Assembly (NCBI RefSeq): GCF_024521635.1
Contig: NW_026250422.1
Location: 496,001 to 560,000, forward strand
Source of the DNA: Tricharina praecox
Lineage: Eukaryota
Direction of reading: 5' to 3'
Length of the DNA: 64,000 nt
This document shows positions 54,209 to 64,000 of the stretch, in pieces. A model generated the notes under the pieces. The model saw only the letters and a list, made by a program, of their open reading frames with translations. It was not told the DNA's origin and did not search any database. Each line of letters starts with the position of its first letter. Positions within the stretch are counted from its first letter, which is position 1. Both the position numbers and the translations under genes were made by a program.

Positions 54209-57077
54209 AGTCTTGCCCTGAGCGGATAGATAGAGTGGATGGAGGGGTTACGGCGGTGCTCGAGAACTTGGTGATGCGTACGGTACGGGACGGGTCGCTG
54301 CTACTGGCGCGTGTAGCTCGTCGAGTACTGCGTGTGTGCGTGTATATGTGTGGTTGTGGATGTGTATTATTGGTTCTGTTGCGATTAGGGGTCGAAGAGC
54401 TCAGCTGCGGGGGTGTAGAGGTGGGAGAAGGTTGTGGTGGTGGTAGTGAAGCAAGTTTCGTAGTGGTCGTTGGGAAGGTTCACACGCAGTCGCTGGCGGG
54501 GAAAGGGTTCTAGTATAGCGTTAGGTGGTAGTGTTGTTATGGTTGTTGTTGTTGTGCTTAGGAGGGTAGTAACGGTTGTGATAGTGCAGTAACAGGAGCA
54601 GTCGGGAGTTTTGGCGGGAGGGGAGGGGGAGCGTGAGATGTTGTGGAGGAGGACGACCGCGAAGGGGGGGTGGGAGGAGGAGGGGGGAGGGGTCGGTAGA
54701 GCGGCAGGAGCAGGGCAGAGCACAGAGCAGAGCAAGAGCGAGCGGTAAGAAGTCGCAATAACAAACCAACAATAATAACGAAGCAAAAGAGAGTCCAGAC
54801 GTCGACGAAATAGATATAGGAGTCAGGATTCTATAGGCGAACGGGGGGGGATTGTCTTTTTTCTACTTGGATACATAGAGCAGATAGGCGTTCATGCGAT
54901 TACATACTTGCTAAGCACGTCTGAAGTATGTATGCAGAGTTCATAGCATAGGCATATCCAAGCCCTGATATCTTCCCCGTACTCTACGTTCCATCACTCC
55001 CGGTGGTAAGTTAATGCTTGCAGACATCTACATCTACACACTTCTACGGATCATCGTTCGTTTGAAATGCGTATCGAGTATAAAGTACGAGTGGTGATGC
55101 GCCAGCTGTAAGAGGGAGGGAGAGAAGGTGGGTGTTGGCGGGGGCGGAGGCGGTGGTGGTGGATGGGAAAAGAAAAAGAAAAAAAAAAGGCGAAGCAAGA
55201 AAAGCAAAGCAAAAGAAGCAGGACCAGTAAGATCTCTCGTCACTGCCCTGTGCGATGAAAGCCATCACCACCGCTCACCGCCGCCCACCGCACCGCCCCA
55301 GCGCATCACAGCCAGTAGCACGGCGAACAATATCGACATCGATACCACTAGTACTACTATGCTAGGTACGGCCCATACTTAATTCCAACTACGGCGGAGA
55401 GTCTGAAGAACTCACAATCTTCCCCCAGCAAAGTTCGCATCGCATCATATGTAGGTTCACTTCGCCCAAATTCTATGCAGACATTCTAGTACATAGAAAC
55501 TGCACCCCCCCTCTCTCTATCCAGCCGCGAAAAAAGCGGTGGCAGACATAGAGTAACTACAGCTTACCGCCACCCGATGCCCGTCCGCCAGTCTCGCAAC
55601 CGCCAATCAGGGTCCAGGGCTCCCCTCCCCCCAGCGCCCCCACCAGCGCCCCAGCGCCACGAATAGGGTGGCAAAGAACAGGAACAAGAATAAGAAGAAC
55701 AAGCAGAAGAAGTCACGCACACAGCGCGGGCCGAAATGCACCTCCTCTCGGCCATCCACACGTACTCCGACCACCCACACGCACCCCGAGCGCTCGACGG
55801 ATGCCGAGTACTCCCCCCCCCCCCAGGAAGGAAGGAGAATATACCCCCCCTATGTACCCCTCCTCCCCTCCTCCCCTCCTTCCCCCCGACCCCCCGCCCT
55901 CAACCCTTAACCAACCCCCCCGCAGAGCCCTTCTACTGGCCAATCTGTTTCACCACGGTAATTTCCTCCGCTTCCATAGTCCCACCTCCTCAGCCCCTCG
56001 TCCTCATCCCCTCATCACCCCCCTCCAGAGTCCAACTCCAACAGTCAACTCCTTCTTCTGCTCGTACCTGCCCGTATGTACCTACTCAACTTCTTATAAC
56101 CTACTCGACTCTCCAACCGAGTTCTAGTGTAATCTACCCATCCTACCCCATCCTATGAGCGCAGCCGCTGGCCTGGCCTGTACGTACGATATGTACCGTA
56201 AGCGCCCTGAAAAGTTAGCTCCCGTCCGTCATGAGGGGTTTTATGCAGCTGTGCATAGGTAAGAAATTACTCTACAGATGGACTGTCTACTGTCCAAAAC
56301 AGCCAGACAGCCAGACAGTCAGGGCGGTAAGCCAGAATGCCTAGGTGGACCGCGCTGGACAGGACAACTCCCGGGTTTGCTTGCTATTGCTGTTGGTGGC
56401 TTGCTTTCTTGAAGTCCTGACTCCTGAGTCATGGATGAACTGGATGAACAGGGCAGGTATGCCAAGTGGGGGCTTCCAAATGTTCGGGAGCAATATTCGG
56501 CCCGAGGTCAGGGGTCTTGCTTCATTCCATGTCACTAGGCGAGGAATCTGAGCATGCTCGACGTCTACTCTCGGTCGGATGAAGTACTAGTATCTAGAGG
56601 CAAGCCGATGTTCTATTCGCACGGACTGTTGAGAGTCGTATGTACTATACAGTATCCTCCTGTTCCTCCTCGTCCTCGTCCTCCTCTTCATCCTCCTCCT
56701 TCTCCTGCTCCTCACCATCCACCTCCATTCTACATCCCCCCATCCCATCCTCCGCCCATTGTATTGAAAGTGAAAAGAAATCCCAATCCGGAAACCCATA
56801 TCCCATATAACCCGTCCAAAGCAAAGACCAAACGCTCCCAAGAAAAAAATCAAAAACAACCAGCGCCAGTAGATGAATACTGCCTTTTCCTTTGTCCAAG
56901 TTCCAAGTTATCAAACGCCCACTTGCTTGATGTACACACATCTAAAACTGAAAAAGAGAAGCAAAAAAAAAATCCCGTGTTGAATATCCCATAGAAAGAA
57001 GAAAATAAATATAAGGGAACAAAGAAAACCGCTAAAAATAAGTTAGAACGGAGGAGGATGATCGGTGGTGTACCAAT

Positions 57078-60000
57078 CTATTCCTCGGACTCCACCGGGA
57101 CACAGGCGCAGAACAGGTTCATGTCACCGTATGCTACGAGGGAGGGGAGAACTATTAGCGTCTGTATACACATAGAGCACTTGGGGAAGTAACGTACCAT
57201 CATCGACCCTAGTCACCGTAGGCCAGAACTTCCTCTCCTTAAGGTACTCCAGCGGGTACGCCGCCTTCTCCTGGGAGTACTCGCGGCTCCAGGTGCCAGT
57301 GATGAGGTCCTTCATGGTGTGGGGCGCCATCTTGAGGACATTCTGCTCACGGGGCGCCTTACCGTCCTCAACCTCCTTGATCTCCTTGCGGATGCTGATC
57401 AGGGCATCGCAGAACCGGTCGAGCTCCTGGAGATTCTCCGATTCCGTGGGCTCGATCATGAGCGTGTTGGGCACGGGCCAGGACATGGTGGGCGCGTGGA
57501 ACCCGTAGTCCTGCAGTCTCTTGGCGATGTCGATGGCTTCGATGCCTGATGTCTCCTTGAGGCCGCGGGTGTCGAGGATGAACTCGTGGGCGCAGCGTCC
57601 CTGAGAGTTGGTGTAGAGAATGGGGTAGTGCGCCGACAGGCGGGCCGCCATGTAGTTGGCGTTGAGAAGGGTTATCTTGGTGGCGTGGGTGAGACCGCGA
57701 GCACCCATCATCTTGATGTAAGCCCACGAGATCGGCAAGATGCTGGCCGATCCCCAAGGTGCCGCCGAGACGGGAGCGATTGCCTTAGCACCACCAGTGG
57801 CGACCAATGGATGCCCTGGAAGGAAGTCGGCGAGATGCTGCTTGACACCGATGGGCCCTACACCCGGACCACCTCCACCGTGAGGGATACAGAAAGTCTT
57901 GTGAAGGTTGAGATGGCAGACATCAGCACCGATCTCTCCGGGAGAGCAGAGACCGATCTGAGCGTTCATGTTGGCACCGTCCATATACACCTGACCACCG
58001 AACGAGTGCACCACCTCACAAGCCTCCTTGACCTGTGGTTCGAACACACCGTACGTGCTGGGGTACGTGATCATGATCGCTGCCAGGTTGTCCTTGTACT
58101 TCTCGGCCTTGACCTTGAGGTCGGTCATGTCCAGGTCTCCACTCTTGGGGTCGCATTTAATCGTGACCACCCTCATTCCGGCCATCGAGGCCGAGGCGGG
58201 GTTGGTGCCGTGGGCCGAAGCCGGAATCAGGCAGACATCACGTTGAGACTGGTTGGTAGCATTGAAGTACGCTCGGATGACCCTCAATCCAGTGAACTCA
58301 CCCTGAGCTCCCGAGTTTGGTTGCAAGGAGACAGCGTCGAAGCCGGTGATATCGGCAAGATCGGCTTCCAGCTCGTCAATGAGAATCTTGTAGCCCTGAG
58401 CCTGATCGAGCGGGACGAAGGGATGGAGAGAGCTAAACTCGGGCCACGTGATCGGCAACATCTCGGTCGTAGCGTTCAACTTCATCGTGCAGGAGCCCAG
58501 AGGGATCATCGAGTTCGCCAGGGAAAGATCCTTGCTCTGAAGGTAGTGGATGTACCTCAGCATCTCCGTCTCGGAGTGGTATTTGTTGAAGTTTGGATGC
58601 GTCAGGTAAGGACTGATTCGGCGGAACGCCTCAGGCACCGCCGCGGGAGTGGTGGTGGTGATGGCCAAGTCTTCGGCGATCTCGATAAGCATCTTATCCC
58701 ACGTGAGTCTTCCGGGGATTCTCTCCGCGAACGCAGACAAGGCAGCCAGGAGATCCTCCAAATCCCGCATCGAGACGGTCTCGTCAATGGTGATGCTGAC
58801 TTTGTCCGTATCGAGAACCCTCAAGTTGATTCCGTACCACTCCGTGATCTTAGCAGTAACGTCTTTGGCGTCCTTGACCTTGATGACGACAGTGTCAAAA
58901 TATCCGCCCTCGGCTTTCGAGCCCGCATTGATCTCAAATCCGAGCCTCTCGGCACCTTCGGCTAGGATCATGGACATGGAATGTATCTTCTCCGCGATAG
59001 CCTTCAATCCGGCCGGTCCGTGGTACACCGCATACATAGCACTCATGTTGGCCAGGAGTGCCTGGGCGGTACAGATGTTACTGGTGGCCTTCTCACGACG
59101 GATGTGTTGCTCGCGGGTCTGTAGCGCCAGGCGGTAGGCCGTGTTCCCTAGACGATCCTTCGACACCCCGATCAACCGTCCTGGCATCTTCCTCTTGAGC
59201 TTGTCTGCAGTCGCGAAGAAGGCGGCGTGCGGACCACCGTATCCCATCGGGACACCGAACCTCTGGGCATTGCCGAAAGCGATGTCGGCGCCGAACTCGG
59301 CGGGTGACTTCAGAAGAGTCAAAGCCAGCAGATCCGTGGCAACGGACAATGGGGCGCCCACTTCGTGAACCGCCTCAGAGAGCTTGGAGTAGTCGTGAAT
59401 GGAACCATCCGTAGCGGGGTATTGGACGAGGACACCGATCAAGTCCTGACCGACTTCCTTGACACTTGCAATATCGAGAGCATCTCCCATTTTGATGTGG
59501 ATCCCAAACCCTTCAGCACGGGAGGCGAGTCCGGCGATCGTCTGCGGGTGAACCTTGCCATCCACGAAGAACGTCCGGTTGGGACGCTTCTGGCGGCTTG
59601 CTGGAAGGGTTGCCAACGACATGGTCATGGCCTCGCCAGCGGCAGTGGCCTCATCCAGGACGGACGCATTAGCGATTGCAAGACCGGTGAGATCCGTCAC
59701 CATGGTCTGGAAGTTGACGAGAGACTCAAGACGACCTACAATGCGTGTGTGAGCGCCAAATTTACATAGATATATCCCATCGTGCCGAGTGTTCGCTTAC
59801 CTTGCGAGATTTCCGGCTGATACGGCGTATATGAGGTGTACCATTCCGGACATTCGAGAATGTTCCTGGCAATCACTGTCGGAGTCTTTGTTCCGGCGTA
59901 TCCACAACCGATATAACTCCGCGCCTTCTTGTTCTTTGAAGCGATCTCTCCCAGTCTCTCCAGCAGTTCGGTCTCGCTCAACCCATTGCGCGGGCTAACC

Positions 60001-60368
60001 TTGAGATCCTGAGCGGAGAGAATGTTCGGGGGAACGACATCTCGAACAAAGGAATCCAGGGATTCGTATTTTAGGTAGTCCAGCATCTTCTGCGTCTCGG
60101 TCGTCGAGGGACCAATGTGGCGTCTCTGGAAAGTGTCCAGAGGCGCAAAGATCGATGTACTGTGAACATCCGTTTCTCCGGCCGTGGATGTATAAAACTG
60201 ACGGGTGTGCCGCAGATTCAGCGCAACCAATGATGCTCGCGGGGCCACCGGGAAGGCTCTCGACGGTACAGCCGTCCTGGCCGAGGCGCCAGTTCGTGCC
60301 AGAATACGCGGGGCAAGCGAAGATGCACTCCGAGCCAACAGATGGCGAACCGTGATTGAACTCATCAT
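57078..60368 (-). CDS. GCV2: Mitochondrial glycine dehydrogenase (glycine cleavage P protein), 3 exons
   Basis: Presequence, [50 protein letters not shown]-lysine motif [16 protein letters not shown]. Confidence 0.97.
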
Positions 60369-61163
60369 GCCGATTGCGCAGGTCATGTGGCGTGATGTGG
60401 CGTCCCGAAGTCCCTGAAGCAGCCGTTAGCCCTTTGTCTCGCCTCGAGGAAGCAATCCAGAGCCCCTCTTTACCAAGTGTGTATTCTCTCCGTGTCGGTT
60501 TTAGGTTACCGATGACGTCCAAGTGACGGCGGGGATATACAAGAGTTGTATGAGGAACCTGCGTGCGCCGCAATGACAGCCGGAAAGGCTATGCGACTGC
60601 TCGGGTAGGCTTTGAAGGGGGGAACCGACAGTTCGGGGAGGAGAAAGTCAAATAGAGTGATGTTTTAGGAAAGGAAGAGGAATCTGGATGTGAGAGAAGA
60701 AAAAAGGTTGGAACCGGGACCTCGTGAGTCCAAGAAAGTTCGTTATCGAAGTAGCGGTAGTGGTGGCACGATAAGGCGCCAATGAGACCAGGGCCCACAC
60801 TCGCTCGACAGGGCAAAGTGAAGGTATGTATAAAGTGAGGATGCTATGTACTACCTAGTAGGCCGTAGGTGAGGTACCCAGAGTAGGAGGCAGATATCAA
60901 GTGTCTGCGTGCCGCCGCGGACGGGTGGCTGACACCTACAAGTGCGGAATTCAAAGCAGGAACTTCGATCCCGCGGCGGCTTTCAACGGGTGACTGTTGA
61001 CCGAGGGCCAGGCCGCATAGAAGGTACCGGCAGGTGCTTTGTTCTGCTGTGACTGCTCGAGTCAAGCAGGTACTCACGACGATCGGTGGCAGATCAAGAG
61101 TAATAGTAATGGCGTTGCCGATCGGACACAGCGAATCACCGCCACCGCCCGCTGCCCGCTGCT

Positions 61164-61330
61164 CAGTGTCCAGTGTCCACTGTCCAGTGTCCTCTGTCCT
61201 CTGCCGCAATACTCAAAGCCATCTGCCATTTGCCCTCTGCCCTCTGCCCTCTGCCCTGCCATGACCACTCGAGCACACAGATGCTCTACTATTCTACTTC
61301 CACACTGCCGGTACTGCCGGTACTGCCTGC
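61164..61330. repeat. Degenerate 7-mer (cagtgtc/ctctgcc) and 9-mer (tactgccgg) tandem repeats
   Basis: Visible in the sequence upstream of GCV2. Confidence 0.7.
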
Positions 61331-63181
61331 ATACGGGATCCCGCCTCCTACGAATCACACGTATCACCCGCCCATCGAACTGTGGCACCTCGGTCGTCGC
61401 TCTAGTGGATCTGTATGCGCATCGCGAATTCGTCTCTCCGATGCCTGCAGGGCCCATGCTTCTCCCCGTTGCATCTGCGCTGGCCGGTCAACCTCCAATC
61501 GCGGTCGGGATGATTCGGGGCACAAGACGGTCAACATGACAGGCCTCCTCCACCACACCCTCGGAAAGAAAACAGAAAAAAGTGAGACAGGCTAAGTGCT
61601 TTGTCGGTTAGAGCAGAGAAATAAGAAATAGACCTGGCAGTGGGAAGTCCTTATAAGGCAAGCGTTAGCGTAACGGCGGAGGGGAGTGTGGTTGGTTCAC
61701 ATGTAGCGGCGAATCGAGGTGTGTGTCGCACAATTCGCGGCTTTTTGGCGGTGGGGGACTCTGGCCACAACAGTGAGCACGCATGATTCTGGACCGTGGT
61801 AGATACTTCTTATGTAACTACAGTACTTACTGTGGTTACCCTACATACTTCTGATGATCATCCTGTCTGCTGCCACGGTCTTGGAATCACTGGCGACGGA
61901 CGACATCATTCTGGAGTGCCCGACGAGTTCTTGGCGTGTGCACACTAAGAGAATCACCGGGATACACCGAAGGCAACCTCAGTCGAATGGTCTCGGGTCG
62001 CCTAAGCGGGTCGATGGAAGTGCTGTTCGAACTTTCGATGTCCTTCCCACCGGCCGTGCTCTTGGTTAGTTAGTAGAGTTCGTTCGTCCCAATCGCATGT
62101 GCCTCACCGGCAACGAATCGTCCTAGATAGGACCAGCAGGGAGACCCATAGGTGCGCAGACTGCTCGTGAGCACTTCCGCACTCGGTATCTGCAGACTCA
62201 TGTGGTGTATAGAGTGCCGATAGGACGACCCTCGATGCGCCCAACGTGGTATGTATCTACCGAGACTCCTCAATATTAACTCATTGCGGCAGCTACTAGA
62301 ATAGGTACTCAGAATAGGCCTCGCAGGTCAACATAGGTATTCTAATGGCCAGCGGTGAAGTACCTATTGCCCGCCCAATTGCAAGGCGGTCTTTCTTGCA
62401 GCTAGCCCCTAGGGGATATTTGGGGGAGTTCCAACGTGGAGCTTTGCAATCTGCTATACACCTATGTGCAGGCCTCCGGCAATTCTGGAGATGTTGGGCT
62501 TCATCCAGTTGAAGCAGTATACAGTACATACATTTCTCGATTCACCAGCGGGTCTGGACACAACGGGTCTGGACCCAGCACACAGCAATCCAAAGTTCGA
62601 ATTGCCTCGACGATCGTGAAATTTACACGCAACTCGTCTTGAGATCAACACTCGGACGCCTCGGTCAAGGCTTCTAAAGCGCTCCGTAGCCGCGTGGTCA
62701 TCACGTTTGTTTTTGTCGCCATTGCGTGGTCACCATTTTCTTTGTTTAATCATCATCATTTGCGTTCGACCCTATTGAATCATGTCAGGTCGATGTCCTT
62801 CCACGTGACCATCACGTGCGAGCGGGCAAGCTGTCGAAAGCCCTGACGGCCGAGTGTCCGTGTATGACCAATGCCTGAGGTTGAAACATGCGGCTCTCAA
62901 CACTCCCGTTGACGAGTCGCCGTTGTTGCCCCTGACAACCCCCCTGTTGCTTTTTCATTCCACACCCATCCAGAGCAAACACGCGTCTTTTCCGCAGTTG
63001 AAGCCTTCGACATCGTCACGAGAAACCACTACTTTGCTGTAGCTGCCGTTTCATCTCGAGCATCACCGCGATTCCAGCCCCACATCCCTTACCTGGGTAT
63101 ATCTGCGTCATATCTCCCAACCTAATACCTTCATCTATTGAGTTCACTCCACGACCCACCTCCACTGGCACTTCCCCAATC

Positions 63182-64000
63182 ATGGAGACCCGCGGCCAAG
63201 AATCACCAATGGACTTCCAGTGGGAGAACTCCTCTGGCAGAGTCGATCCGAACTCGCCTTTCCGGATGAATGGGTTCCAGCGCACACTTGCCGAGGAGAC
63301 ACCTGTCAAGAGAGGTACGTACACCACATGGATGCGCGAGAGATATGCGGAACGCCATCCTGATGTCACCGCAGGAACTGCAGCGACACATTCAGTCTTC
63401 GGATCATCGCCGATCAAACAGCCCGTGTTCGCAACGCCCGCGCAGACACCGTATACCCCCCGAACCCCATATCGTGAGACACCACATCAATCGAGGTTCG
63501 AGACCCCATCGTTCCGGACACCTCGCCGGCCCTTTGCCACTCTGTCGAAGGACTCGGATGTATTCGACACCCCCGACACGGAAAGCGAAGCGCCGACGCC
63601 CGACGCCGCCGCGCTCCAGCTCCTCCGCAGCACCAAGAAGACCAACGCCAACAGCGGAGCGATCTCTGCCACTCCCGGGCGTGTCACCGGGCGCGGCGAG
63701 CTCCGGCGCGGCAGCAACAGACACAGCATCAGCAAGCCGCGACGCCGCCGACGCACCGAGCTCGACCAGGTGTCCGACGACGATGACGACGACTTCAATT
63801 GCTCGGAGACCGACTACGGGTTTGCCTCCACGCGCAAGACGCCGCGGAAACCCAAGCGCGCCGACGGCCCGGACTGGCTCGCGATGCACCAGCGGATCCC
63901 GGTGGTCGTCTCCGCGTACCTCGGGCTATTCGTGCACGCCTCGTGGGTTGCGCTGGCGATCTACATCCTCTTCGCGTGTTTCCGCGTGGTGCAGCAGGAC
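63182..64000 (+). CDS. Brr6/Brl1 family nuclear envelope protein, 5' part (runs off the window; absent from the ORF track)
   Basis: METRGQESPMDFQW..VDPNSPF N-terminus, intron 63315-63374, FETPSFRTPR, then the first transmembrane segment (IPVVVSAYLGLFVHASWVALAIYILF). Family recalled from filamentous-fungal Brr6/Brl1 N-termini. Confidence 0.75.
   Translation, partial: METRGQESPMDFQWENSSGRVDPNSPFRMNGFQRTLAEETPVKRGTYTTWMRERYAERHPDVTAGTAATHSVFGSSPIKQPVFATPAQTPYTPRTPYRETPHQSRFETPSFRTPRRPFATLSKDSDVFDTPDTESEAPTPDAAALQLLRSTKKTNANSGAISATPGRVTGRGELRRGSNRHSISKPRRRRRTELDQVSDDDDDDFNCSETDYGFASTRKTPRKPKRADGPDWLAMHQRIPVVVSAYLGLFVHASWVALAIYILFACFRVVQQD

Noticed and set aside
57586..58965. 459-aa plus-strand ORF
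   Set aside because: Antisense shadow of the codon-biased GCV2. The same applies to the antisense ORFs over ARP5, the decarboxylase, NCA2 and IST2.

Overview
This is a gene-dense, intron-containing window from a filamentous ascomycete (Pezizomycotina, plausibly Pezizomycetes; the taxon is inferred from GT-AG introns with CTRAC branch points and from the gene families). Most of it is core housekeeping genes: ARP5, an aromatic-L-amino-acid decarboxylase, IES6, QCR9, SEC4, the GRIP golgin IMH1, NCA2, COX16, a VNX1-type cation/H+ antiporter, RPT6, a TMEM16/IST2 anoctamin, VIP1/asp1, the SRPK kinase SKY1, GCV2, the 5' part of a BRR6/BRL1 gene and one uncharacterised four-exon gene. Several things are missing from the ORF track. 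A non-coding spliced host transcript carries two intronic box C/D snoRNAs: one is snR60-like, and the other is a double-guide RNA complementary to 25S, 18S and U6. There is also a 310-bp Tourist/PIF-Harbinger-type MITE with a TTA target-site duplication, a candidate three-exon 66-aa microprotein gene and a GC-AG intron. The two genes of the INO80 Arp5-Ies6 module lie about 4 kb apart. I found no tRNA, rRNA, CRISPR array or autonomous transposon, and no convincing large novel multi-gene system. All gene models were built by eye; no database searches were run.
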